Source: Octopus bimaculoides
Taxonomy: Eukaryota
Direction of reading: 5' to 3'
Length of the DNA stretch: 37,017 bases
Assembly (NCBI RefSeq): GCF_001194135.2
Contig: NC_068981.1
Location: 106,078,022 to 106,115,038 of the forward strand
In this document: one piece after another, positions 1-11,353 of the stretch
Numbering within the stretch: the stretch's first letter is position 1
How the letters are laid out: every line of letters begins with the position of its first letter
The notes under the pieces: model-generated
What the model saw: the letters and a program-made list of their open reading frames with translations, nothing else
Told to the model about the DNA's origin: nothing
Databases searched by the model: none
Program-made: the position numbers and the translations under genes

Positions 1-20
1 TATATATATATATATATATA

Positions 21-154
21 TGTGATGGGCTTCTTTCAGTTTCCATCCATCAAATCCACTGCATCTTCTACTATAGCCCAAGGCAATAGAAGACACTTGC
101 CCAAGGTGCCACACAGTGGGACTGAACCCAGAACCATGTGGTTGAGAAGTAAAC
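21..154 (-). mobile_element. tRNA-derived SINE, head half, with internal inversion-duplication
   Basis: Reverse complement of the cleaner copy at 11930-12094 (shared ...ggcaccttgggcaagtgtcttcta... and ...ggaaactgaaagaagccc... segments). Confidence 0.9.
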
Positions 155-929
155 GCACACACACACATACACAAACATAAGTGTGTGTGTGTGTGCTTGT
201 TGATATTTCACACATTTTTTCACTTTTGCCTCTTTACTAAAATATAGGAATTGTGAATCTAGTAAAAAGAAGCTCATCTTTGAACTTTATATTTCATGTG
301 AAATGCTGTAGTTCACTGTACAACATCACAGAAATTATAAGAGAACTGGTTTTAGAAGTTGAAACTGCATTGTGATTTTATTGCTCATGGAAACTCTATG
401 TTTCTTTTTCACTCATCACTTTTTCATTGCACCATTCCCTTTCCTTTCTTTCTTTCTTTCTTCATATATTTATTTCTCTTTCTCTCTATCTTTCACCCAT
501 TTCCGCTCATTGTGCTTTTCCTTTTATTGCTCTTTCTCATCTTGCATCTTGTAGCTGGCATACCACCATAGACCTCAGCTACAGTAACACACACACACAC
601 ACATACACAATATAATATATTTGTTGTTACCATACAATCAAACTGATGCCCATCCCAAACTCTATAGGTTTGCTTTACCTGCAAGAAATAACAACTAAAT
701 CTCCCTCAAATCATAATCTACCATTAATAATAATAATAATAATAATAAAAAACAGGAACGAAACATTGAATTTAAAAGTTGTGATGATTACTGCTCAAAA
801 GCCTTTGATGGTAGGCCTGCTCGATCAGGACAAATCTGAAGTTAAATTACAAGTTACCCCACTCTTCCCCTTAAGTACTGGTCAGACCTGTTTACAACAA
901 AAATAAAGTGTGTAAATGTACATGTTTAA

Positions 930-1157
930 TGAAGTAATAATGATGGTGATGATGATGATGATGAGCTGGGGAAGGAAAACGGGAAGGGGACGAAAAGGAA
1001 AAGTAAGGGAGAGTAGCGATAGTGTGATGATGATGATGATGAAAAGGTGAATAAGGACAACAGAACTAATGAGGATGAGAAGGCATTGGGGTGAAGAAGG
1101 GAGTTAAGAAGAACAGGCATGGAAAGCCAATGATAATGATAATGCTGTTGTTGTTGT

Positions 1158-1192
<35 letters not shown>

Positions 1193-1560
1193 ATGACAAT
1201 GATGATGGGGATGATGATGATGATGATGGGGATGGGGATGATGATGTTATAATGGTGATAATGTTAACGAAGACTGGTGGCAGTAAAATAAGAGGTACAT
1301 GGGGGTGGTGACACTGAAAGTTAGTAATGATGATGAAAATCGTGATAGTGATGGTGGGTAGGGGGTAGGGGTGGCATTCATGTGAGGGTGGCAGTCATGT
1401 GTGTGAAGTGTGTAACAAAAATGATAATTGCAAAGAGGAATATGGAGTGGGTAGGGAGGAAGGGAGGAAAGGAGTAGGATATTAATAAGAGTGAGGATCA
1501 TGATGATGATGATCATCATCATCATGGTGGTGGTGGTGGTGGTGGTAGTTGATAAGGTGG
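930..1560. repeat. Compound (GAT)n/(GTT)n/(GGT)n microsatellite and low-complexity region
   Basis: Direct trinucleotide runs; these generate the poly-T/M/H ORFs in the track. Confidence 0.95.
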
Positions 1561-1777
1561 GTATTAACAATAATGATGCTAAGATGGTAACAATAGCAAC
1601 TGCAAAACAGAAACAATAAATAAAAATAACTAAGTGTTACAGGAATGTTTTCATTAACTAATTTTAGATGAGCTTGGAACATTTGCTATTGTTTCTTAGA
1701 GCAATTAAGCAAATAACGAAAAGCATTTCTGTCACAATAAAGTTTAATAGAATAATTTGCGAGATGTTCAATAATTA

Positions 1778-1778
1778 A

Positions 1779-1816
<38 letters not shown>

Positions 1817-2052
1817 GCGCACACACACACACACAGTGCACACATACACACACATAAAGGGAGGGTGGTAGATAAGAGAGGAAGACAGAAAAAAACAATG
1901 TGAAATAAACAGAAAGATAGCAAAAGCATGTATGCACACACACACACACACATACAAAGAAAGGAAGGGAGTCTAGGAGAGAGAGAAAGGTAGACAGATA
2001 TACACAAACACACTAGTACACAATGCATTTGCACACAAACACACACACACAT
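1778..2052. repeat. (CT)n/(CA)n/(GA)n microsatellite cluster
   Basis: Direct dinucleotide runs. Confidence 0.95.
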
Positions 2053-2057
2053 TTGAC

Positions 2058-2145
2058 TAGCTTTGTTTAGGTTCTGTCTACAACATCCATTTGCAAGGCT
2101 TTGATTGACCCAGGACTATAGTAGAAGGCACTTCCCCAAGTCACA
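2058..2145 (-). mobile_element. SINE fragment, same family as 11930-12094
   Basis: caaggctttgattgacccaggactatagtagaaggcacttccccaag matches the reverse complement of the SINE head. Confidence 0.75.
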
Positions 2146-2166
2146 CATTATATATATTTTCTAGTT

Positions 2167-2550
2167 GCAAGTGTGGCTGTGTGGTAATAAATTTGCTTCC
2201 CAACTACATGATCCAGGTTCAGTTCCATTGCATGGCACCTTGGGCAAGTGTCTTTTACAACAGTTCCCAAGCTAATCAAAGCCTTGTGAGTCCATTTGAT
2301 AGATGGAAACTGAAAGAAGCCCATCATGTGTGTGTATATGTATGTTTGTGTGTACTCCCCTACCACATGACAACCAGTGTTGGGGTGTTTACTTTCCCAT
2401 AACTTAGCAGTTCGGTGAAAGATACAGATAGAATAAGTATCAGGCTATTATAAAACATAAGTACTGGGGTTGATTTGTGCGACTCAAATTCTTCTGGGTG
2501 GTGCCCTAACATGGCTGCAGTCAAATGACTAAAACAAGTAAAAGATACAA
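2167..2550 (+). mobile_element. Full-length bipartite tRNA-derived SINE (head, internal (TG)n, tail)
   Basis: A-box-like tggctgtgtgg and B-box-like ggttcagttcc; head matches 11930-12094 and tail matches 12746-12960, ending gactaaaacaagtaaaaga. Confidence 0.88.
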
Positions 2551-2834
2551 CATAAAAGACAATATTTTGAATTATATTCAAACAACAGTTAATCCAAGAG
2601 AATGGTCTCCAATCATTCAAATTAGCAGCTGATTGACTGGAAATGTAAAACTCAAAGTTGTGGATATTATGAGCCTTGGTGAATCAACAAAAATTATATG
2701 TGTGTGTGTGTGTGTGTGGGAGTGCAAATGTATGTCTGTAGATATATATATTTATACATATAAATGTCTAAATATATATGTATTATGTTACATTTATGCA
2801 TGAAAGCAACTATGTGTATATGAGGATGAGGTTG

Positions 2835-2886
<52 letters not shown>

Positions 2887-3101
2887 ACCATCATCATTTT
2901 AAAGTTCACTTTTTCATTTTCACATGAATTGGAAGGAATTTATTGAAACAGATTTTCTATGGTCAGATGCCCTTGCTGTCATCAATCTCCACCTGTTTCC
3001 AAGTAAGGTGTGTATGTGTGTGTGTATATATATATATATATATAGATATATATATATAACTGATGATTTGGTACAAATCTTTATTCAAGATGATCATTTC
3101 A

Positions 3102-3258
3102 ACCCATCCTGCAGCTGTCCCCTATGGGTAGGATATTGTGCATCTAGTTGTGTTGCATCTGTCAGTGCAGTCTGTGGAGGTGACACAGACTGCACTGACT
3201 GATGCAACACAACTAGATGCACAGTATCCTATCCATAAGGAACAGCTGCAGGATGGGT
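3102..3258. repeat. Long inverted repeat: 75-bp arms, 7-nt loop
   Basis: 3102-3176 vs the reverse complement of 3184-3258 match at 70 of 75 positions; loop gaggtga. Confidence 0.97.
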
Positions 3259-3459
3259 CAAAACAATTATCGTGTTGGATAAGAATTCTTATCAAATCCA
3301 TTTTCCATTTTCCTCCTCAATTATAATCTAAACAAACACTGCAGAATTCCTGATGTAGATCCATCAAAAATTATGCTTTAACTGTGAATGGCATCAGGTA
3401 GCCTAAACAGCAAATGTGCTTTAATAGGCATGCTAACAGACATATACCCAAAGTCCAAA

Positions 3460-3563
3460 NNNNNNNNNNNNNNNNNNNNNNNNNNNNNNNNNNNNNNNNN
3501 NNNNNNNNNNNNNNNNNNNNNNNNNNNNNNNNNNNNNNNNNNNNNNNNNNNNNNNNNNNNNNN
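3460..3563. other. Assembly gap (N run)
   Basis: N characters. Confidence 1.
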
Positions 3564-3649
3564 GTTGTGCTAGGGTTTTTTGTTGATTGCGGGGGTACTG
3601 ATGGTGTTACTGTTTACTTCTGGTGATGGTGTGTGTGTGTGTGTGTGTG

Positions 3650-4164
3650 TGGTTGATAGTTTCTGCTACCTAGGTGACCAAGTTTGTAGAGTAGGAGGGT
3701 GAGCTGAAAGTGTAGCTGCTAGAATAAGAATAGCTCGGGCAAAGTTCAGGGAGCTCTTGCCTCTGCTGGTGACAAAGGGCCTCTCACTCAGAGTAAAAGG
3801 CAGACTGTATGACGCATGTGTACTAACCGCCATGCTATATGGCAGTGAAACATGGGCCGTGACTGCTGAGGACATGCGTAAGCTCACAAGAAATGAAGCC
3901 AGTATGCTCCGATGGATGTGTAATGTCAGTGTGCATACTCGACAGAGTGTAAGTACCTTGAGAGAAAAGTTAGACCTAAGAAGCATCAGTTGTGGTGTGC
4001 AAGAGAGACGATTGTGCTAGTATGGACATGTGGCAAGAATGAATGAGGATGGCTGTGTGAAAAAGTGCCACACCCTAACAGTTGAGGAAACCTGTAGAAG
4101 AGGTAGACCCAGTAAGACCTGGGATGAGGTGGTGAAGCACAACCTTCGAACTTTAGGCCTCACC
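3650..4164 (+). mobile_element. RTE-clade LINE, C-terminal ORF fragment, 3'-truncated
   Basis: Translates VDSFCYLGD...RIRIARAKFRELLPLLVTKGLSLRVKGRLYDACVLTAMLYGSETW...RGRPSKTWDEVVKH; colinear with 16810-17330. Confidence 0.93.
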
Positions 4165-4870
4165 TAAGGGATGGGTTGTAAATGGACAAGATCATCGTCA
4201 GTACTTGAGACACTAACAAGGGGGAGGAGGTATCATGATGTGGGCAGGTATTATTGGAGGTATTATGGTTGGTCCTTGGAAAGTGTCAGACAGTGTTAAA
4301 ATGACTGCGGATGCTTACATAGCCTTTCTGAGGGAATACCTTGAACTTTAGTTAAAAAGTCAAAGGATCACTTTTAAGACAACCATAATATCCATGCAAG
4401 ATAATGCACCCTCACACTCAGCAAAGAAACCTACAGAGTATCTGCAACTATTAGGCTTCTATAGACCTTGGAAGATGAAGTGGCCTGCCTGTTCCCCCCA
4501 CTTAAACCCAATAGAAAACTTGTGGAGTATTCTAAAGTAACAAGTTTACAAGAATGGATGCCAATCTAGAAGCAAGGATGAAGTGTGACAGGCAATAGTG
4601 GATGTGTCTCATGGTATAACATTAGAGGAGATCAAGAAATTAGCATGTTCCATGGACCAGCACCTTTTCCAACTTATTTAAAACAAGGGCTCATCTAACT
4701 CTTACTAACCAGCTCACCAATCATTTTTTAATGCTGTTTATTTGTCTATTTCTATTTCTTCTATGTTTGTGACTGTATGTGTTCATTTCAGTATGCACAC
4801 CAAACAATTAAAATGGTATTTTCTTGTTTACATGAGTTTTAATTACACCTTTCCAATAATTTGAAACAAT
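4165..4870 (+). mobile_element. Tc1-superfamily DD37E (TRT-like) transposon, 3' half, decayed transposase
   Basis: My translation from about 4169: GWVVNG...QGGGGIMMWAGIIGG...MQDNAPSHSAKK...WPACSPHLNPIENLWSILK*; 37 residues between the second D and the E; 4 in-frame stops. Possible TIR remnant ccaataatttgaaacaatg near 4852-4870 is weak. Confidence 0.85.
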
Positions 4871-5039
4871 GAAAGTTTACATAAATTTGATCGATGACCG
4901 TAGTTTCTGCATTGTTTTATAGAACCTCACATTTTTTTTATACATTGCACAAATATAAATGTTGCCATTCTGTGAAAATTTCATTGAATTCCAACATGTA
5001 GTTCTAAATAAAATGTTACATCATTAATAATTTGAAATG

Positions 5040-5215
5040 CAGTGTATGTGTATATATATGTGTGTGTGTGTGTGTGTGCGTGCGTGTGTGTATGTGTGTG
5101 CATGCGTGCGTGCGTGCGTGTGTGTGTGTGTGTGAGTGAGTGTGTGTGTCTGTGTATATGTATGTATACCTGTACATATATGCATATATATATTCATAAA
5201 AATTATACACACACA
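5040..5215. repeat. (TG)n/(TGCG)n/(TA)n compound microsatellite
   Basis: Direct repeats. Confidence 0.95.
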
Positions 5216-5586
5216 CAGGACAGCTCCATGTGTAGTTAATGTAGCAAACAAATGATTAGGTATGATAGCATAAGAACAATCATTTCTTTATGGGATTGAT
5301 TGAACAGATGATTTATGTGGATGGATAACCCTGTTGTCTATGGAAACAAATTTTGTTTATCTCATTAATTAGTCCTAAAAAGGTGACACACAAAATCAAT
5401 ATGACGTGATAGAAAAAAACATGATAAATAATATAAAACAAATTTTTAAGAGTAGAAATTTATATCTACATTAGGAATGCGTGAAGACCAAACACATGGG
5501 GGAGAAGATAGAAAAGTTAGAGAGAAGTGTACTTTAGTGAGGAAGATAATAAACTGGAGAAATTGAGGCATTAAAAAAAACATTGA

Positions 5587-5679
5587 AAATGTAACCAGAA
5601 AAAGTGGAGTCTTCATCATATTTGATTTTTTACCTACTTTTTAATCCCTCATTTCATGCCACTTTTTCTGGTTACATTT
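5587..5679. repeat. 21-bp perfect inverted repeat, 51-nt spacer
   Basis: aaatgtaaccagaaaaagtgg (5587-5607) and ccactttttctggttacattt (5659-5679). Confidence 0.95.
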
Positions 5680-5823
5680 GTGGTGTCAAAACAGGAAGTG
5701 TATGTAAGGGAAGACAATTCTGTGGGTTTTATACTCTTTAGTTGGAGTACAGTACTCCAACTAAAGAGTATAAAACCCACAGAATTGTCTTCCCTTACAT
5801 ACACTTCCTGTTTTGACACCACA
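5679..5823. repeat. Perfect palindrome: 72-bp arms, 1-nt centre
   Basis: 5679-5750 is the exact reverse complement of 5752-5823; centre a5751. Confidence 0.97.
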
Positions 5824-6420
5824 CTTCCTGCTTAACACAAACCTTCAGTACCTTTTCTTTTTTTAAACTTAACACAACTCTCAATTTCATGCATCCTTAT
5901 TTTTTCAACTATTATCTGCATGGATTACCATTGAACTTTAAAAGCTCAAAGACAATATAATGTATTGGTATATTTATTTTTTTATATATTATTTTTTTTT
6001 TATATATTATTTTTTACTTTTTTGTAAAAAACATTTTCATTCTCCCCCTTCTCGAAAATTTGCCATACAATGAAAGCCGGTTAGAAATCTATATTAAAAT
6101 ATGCTTTCAGTTTAGCATTCTGCCTTATTATTATTTTTCATTTTCCTAATATTTCTCCATGTGCGATTAACACAACCCCACTATTTACTGACTTATATAT
6201 ATATGTGTGTGTGTATGTATGTGTATATATAGTTGAAATTTACAGAAAAACAAAAGACAAAGACAGGGGAAGGAAGTGAATGGTGGGAATGTGTGCAGTG
6301 CGAACAATGAGGTTGGAGGCAGTGGGAGGGAGACAGGAGGAGGAGATGAGGGCATGGATAGTGGAGGACATGATCTGTTGGTTGTTAGGCATGGGGTGGG
6401 GTGGGAAAGAGGGCAAAAGG

Positions 6421-6547
6421 AGATGTCTTGAAGTTGGCAGAGAGCTTCAGCCTTGTAATGGTTTGCGTGCCACACCACCACGGCTTCACCCTTGTTGACT
6501 GGTTTTATAATGGTGTCTTTGTGGCATCAGAGACATCAAAGGGCCAA
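6421..6547 (-). mobile_element. Penelope-like element RT N-terminal fragment
   Basis: Minus strand translates KDTIIKPVNKGEAVVVWHANHYKAEALCQLQDIS, resembling the PLE RT motif I-K-P-A-D-K-G-G-A-V-V-V-W...Y..EA..QL.D. Confidence 0.7.
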
Positions 6548-6884
6548 GAGTCGGTTCTCATACAGAATCCATATGACCCCTAGGGGTCCATATAAGATTT
6601 TTGGGGGCCCATGCTAGCTAAATAGTAAATTTCAGATCCATGGTACAATTTTAATGTTTTATTAAAAGTTTTTGTTTAAATGTATCTCTCACAAGAAACA
6701 GCGAGGTTTCTTTCTCTAACATTTATGGTTCAACTTATACAAGTGAATGTGTGAATAACAAAAGAGGAATTTTGAAAAATATATTTATAAAATTAGTTTT
6801 TATATATCGAATGGCTATGGGAATCCACCAGAGTAAAATAGTATTTAAGGAGGTCCACAGGTAAAAAGTGATTGAGAACCATTG
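6548..6884. mobile_element. hAT-type non-autonomous element (MITE)
   Basis: Degenerate TIRs gagtcggttctca (6548) and gattgagaaccattg (6870-6884), resembling CAGTGGTTCTCAA; subterminal gggtcc/gaccc motifs; no clear 8-bp TSD. Confidence 0.65.
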
Positions 6885-9583
6885 GTGTATATGAATAAAT
6901 GATTACTAGTCCTTTGAAGAAAGCAAATAAACTAACAAGTACCACATTTACCCAAAGCCAAAATCACTCTTGTTCAACCCATCTGAAAATACTCTGAACC
7001 TTCAGTATGCTATGTCAAATATAGCACATACTGATTTTTACATTATTAAATGTGTAACAATCCCTTCATTACAACAGGTGATATATTTGGAAAATTAAGT
7101 AAAACAAAAAAATCAAACTTCTTCTTCAGCCTTATATAGTCAAGTTCAGACATTTTATTTACTCTGACCTGCAAGACATAAAAACATTTCCAATCTGAAT
7201 TGTCTCCAAAATAGCTTGCTGTCTCTTGGTTTTGTTTAGTTTAGAACTTGAGTTATTCAAGATATGCCATGGTGGAATTCAAACTCAGGTCTATAAATTA
7301 ATGAAGTACTTCTTATCTATAGATCCCTAATCTATACAGTAGCTATTTAGTATAATGATTTGGTCAGAAACTCAATTTAAACTGGAGGCAGGATACAGAT
7401 ACCATAGTTCCTTAGCCTACATGCAAATATCTTATTTGTTTAACTATCAGTAACTTCCCAGTTGAATGCATTTAAGCTTAGATGAATACCGTGATGATGG
7501 TAAAGTTCCCACAAAAATAACCTAAAAGCTTTTATTATTTCAATGCATTGCTTGTTTTCTAAGAAAGAGCTAAAAGATCAACATGTAATACCAATTTTCT
7601 TTCGTTGTCTAAATTTTTTGTTCTTCAGTTAAGGAATAAATCTTGTCAGAGAAATGTAAATCTATGTCAGAGAAATGTAAAAAAAAAAAAAAATGCTGAA
7701 AGAAAAAAGAAACATGTAAGTATAGAGAATGAAATAGCCAAGAAATTTATGGAATAAAGAATAAGAGTATTACTGACTAGTTTTCACTAACATGTTGAAA
7801 TACTACTTAAATGCTACTGCATGACTAACAGTTTATTATTATACTTGCAAAGATCAAAGTAGATGTGTATGTATTCAAACATTCTTATGAGAGAGAGAAA
7901 GAGAGTGTGTGTGTGCAAATGCATGTATATGTATTATATAAATTATAAATATAATAAGCCTGTACAGGTACATGTATGTGTACATACACATACATAATTA
8001 TCAATGTATGTATGATAAACCATTATGTATATACAGAGTAATGCTTTTAAAAAATACAGGAAGCTAATAAGCATGCCAATCCATAGCATACCATCATATA
8101 ATGAGAGGTAAGTACACAAAGACTTTTGTTATTTGTCTGACATGTTTTACATTTTCAGACTCTATGTGTAAGCCCAAAATAACGAATGCCAAAATGTTTT
8201 GGCAAATAGAGTATAAGAGATATAATATTTAATGGTCACAGCTATTATAACATTTTAGCACAAGCAAGTAATAACATAGAAAAGAAAAAAGATTCCCCTG
8301 ATCACAGCTATTAACAACATACATAAGCAAGTAATAATACAGAAATAAGGAATCTTCTTTCAGTATTTGTTCAGGCAAGCTTTAGAAGTTCAGTTTGATG
8401 AGAACTTTTATACATATCCTTCTCTTTGGTTCAGTAGTTTTCTTACTTTTTCTCAAGGAATCTTTGTGTTTAAGAACACTAATATTGATGAATTGGTTAT
8501 TTTTCTGTCATTTCAACTTTTTTCCAGACTATTAATCTTTTAAATTAAGACTTACTTTTAATTTTCATGAGAAATTGGGGATCATAGATAAAAGAATATA
8601 ATCTTTTTTTTTTTTTTACACTGCATTTTGATTGGTTCTATCTCTGATCATCTACACTTGTTCTATACTTACATATCTCTAACTGAGGTTTAAACTCAGA
8701 ACTTTTATTTCTCTTCAGCACTTGAAATCTTCAAAGTAGAAATAAAGGTTTTGAGTTCATATATAACCTAAATGTATGTTTATGTGTAAATATAGGACCT
8801 ATTGAGGCACAGTATAGCTGACAAATATGCAAAAGACAGTTGTCATATCCAGTAGCAGATCTACAAAACTGGGGCCCTGAAACTTAAAATGTTATGCACC
8901 CCAACCTTTGCAATCATCAACAGTAGGGTAACATCCAACAAGGGTCAAATAATGTTTGTGCCCTTGCAAGGAACTCCAGCTTGAGGCCCTGATAGTCCAA
9001 ATGATGAAGTTGTGACATGGAGTCCTTAAAAATGAGTCTGAAAGTGAGCTTCTTTCCACCAGAAATGAGGTGTGAGTAATCACCAATATCTTTGTCAATG
9101 TGGTTGTTCCATGGCAGATCACTATAAATATTTTCCAGGCTATGCCTTATATTTTTAGAGTTATGGGGGTTGAAAATTAGGGAAGTGTTATATACATGCA
9201 GGATGTATCATTAAGATACATATGAAAATTACAAAATACTCTTTTTTCTATTTTTTGTAACAACAGTTTTGTCATACGATAGCTTCCTTGCAATGTCATT
9301 TTCTAGAGACAATATGCATAAGGAAGTTAAGTGCTCTTCAGTCGTAGTAGACCGAAATTTATTCTTTGCAAAGGAAAGCTTCCTCGCGTTCGGTAAAAAT
9401 GTGTTTTTTATGGTAGTCTGACCTTAGAGTCCCTCATAGCGTGAGGCATTATTGTATAGTAATGCCCTTATATAAATAAAAATATATATTTCGGGAATAA
9501 ACGATGGATTTTTTTCCCTTATGAGGTTTTTTTCACGCTAGCTACTTGATAAATTCTCGTAAAAGAATCCGTCCTATTATTGA

Positions 9584-9586
<3 letters not shown>

Positions 9587-9640
<54 letters not shown>
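9587..9640. repeat. (TA)n microsatellite
   Basis: Direct repeat. Confidence 0.98.
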
Positions 9641-9645
<5 letters not shown>

Positions 9646-10289
9646 TGCACCCTGCCTAATCTACCTCTCACCCCTACTCTTGCATCCTTCTTTATCCCCT
9701 TCACTTTGTACCCTCTCTCTCCATTGTTCATTGCTCCTCTAAACTTTTCACCTTTCCAGCACCTGGGCAGACCACTTTACATCACTCCTTCATGCTCATC
9801 TTTTTCTAAGCTCACATATATAAGAAACTGAATTTAGACCACCTCAATAGAAAAGAAAGATAAGCAAGTTGAGAGACTAATAGATGGGAAAAACCATCAA
9901 CTTGTACAAATTCTGAAGTAGCACCGTGGGTAAGTAAGATTTGTCAAGAGTAGGTGAGAGATTAACACATGAAGAAAAGCAACAAGGCTCATATAGGTGT
10001 GTGATAACTGCTTTGAATTGAATTTTCTTGCCTTTAAATAATTGATGATCCAGAATGTTCAAGAATCCATTCGGCAGGAACATTTGTATGTTTCTTCTGA
10101 AGTTGCTGCCTCAACCATAAATAAATCATCCAGTGCTCATTAATCAAATTATATTTGTATTGGCATTAATACTTTTTATTGCACCTGTTTTTCTTTTCTT
10201 GAAAATATTAGGTTGTGATTCTTGACTAGGAAAATCTGAGAACAATAGTTTGGATCTCAACTGGGTTCTCACAATAAAAGTATCTTGTA

Positions 10290-10435
10290 AAGTGATTAGT
10301 ACCAGGAAGGCCATCTGGCTGTAGTAAATATACCAAAGTAGTCATTGGAGCAGGATGCAGTTCTCTAACTTGTCAGATCTTGTTGATCCAACCTATACCA
10401 GCATGGAAAACAGACACTATTAGACAATGATGATT
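10290..10435 (+). mobile_element. Old RTE 3'-tail fragment
   Basis: aggaaggccatctggctgtag...accagcatggaaaacagac followed by a gat-rich tail; matches 17665-17810. Confidence 0.7.
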
Positions 10436-10957
10436 GTATAGTTTGAAATCCCAGAAGACCAAGCTCATACAGAATCAGATAATCAGCCATTTAGTTAGCA
10501 GCACATATTCTTGACTGTGACTATGCTGTTTTGATGGTTTGAGATTGATTTAACTCAAACAACTTTGCAGTGTCATTAGAAAAACTATAGCTGTACATTC
10601 CCATGACTTGAATACAGATACAAGCAAGGGACTAGAGTTTGGATCCTTAATGTATTATATAATTTTTTAAAAGCTTTAAATTTATCTCCTAATCATACTA
10701 AATGATTTAAAACAGTAAATCTCATCTGTAAATGAATAAACTAGGATTTTATGACTGATATAATACATCTTATTTTTTGAGCATAATTGGCTGGTAATAG
10801 AGATGGGCTTGCAAATGGCTTCTTATTGTGACGGGATTAGATTTAGGGTTAGGGTACACTGGTAAAAGCAAGAATGACTGAATTAATAGGATGCAACAAC
10901 TGGCTGAGAAGTTAACTATTTCTATTATGTCACAAGCACTCTGGTATGTAGGACAGG

Positions 10958-11353
10958 GTGGAGGTGCAATGGCCCAGTGGTTAGGGCAGCGGACTCGCGG
11001 TCGTAGGATCGCAGTTTTGATTCTCAGACTGGGCGTTGTGCATGTTTATTGAGCGAAAACACCTAAAGTTCCACAAGGTTCAAGCAGGGGATGGTGGCAA
11101 ACCCTGCTGTACTCTTTCACCACAACTTTCTCTCACTCTTTCTTCCTGTTTCTGTTGTACCTGTATTTCACAAAGGCCAGCCTTGTCACACTCTGTGTCA
11201 TGCTGACTCTCCCCCGAGAACTACATTAAGGGTACACGTGTCTGTGGAGTGCTCAGCCACTTGCATGTTAATTTCACGAGCAAGCTGTTCTGTTGATGGG
11301 ATCAACTGGAACCCTTGTTGTCGTAACTGACAGAGTGCCAACCACCACCAACC
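10958..11353 (+). mobile_element. Full-length tRNA-derived SINE (second family) with 12-bp TSD
   Basis: A box tggcccagtgg, B-box-like gttttgattct, (acc)n tail; TSD atgtaggacagg at 10946-10957 and 11354-11365. Confidence 0.9.

Noticed and set aside
71-2909. Many 60-107 aa ORFs in the track (poly-VC/HT/I/M/L); similar ones at 5016-5251, 9519-9831, 18823-19026, 31253-31896 and 34245-35499
   Set aside because: Products of microsatellite or low-complexity sequence, or of reading through N gaps.
7045-7168. Minus-strand acceptor (tcttgcag) followed by a 40-codon open frame
   Set aside because: No recognisable product and no linked upstream exon.
8060-8158. Apparent micro-exon and 51-nt GTAAGT...TTTTCAG intron
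   Set aside because: The spliced frames hit stops quickly and no homology was recognised.
9335-9362. gtc-gtagta-gac-c-gaaa stem followed by GAAA
   Set aside because: No CUGAnGA upstream.
9478-9535. Minus-strand hammerhead-like layout (GGGAA...UUCCC-GAAA-UAUAU)
   Set aside because: The core reads CUCAUAA, losing both G5 and G8, and stem I does not close properly.
9997-10041. VCDNCFELNFLAFK*, resembling the end of a FYVE finger as a terminal exon
   Set aside because: Only 14 codons, a purine-rich region before the AG, and no upstream FYVE exons found.
10958-11035. tRNA gene
   Set aside because: The tRNA-like A/B boxes are the head of a TSD-flanked SINE; no intact cloverleaf.
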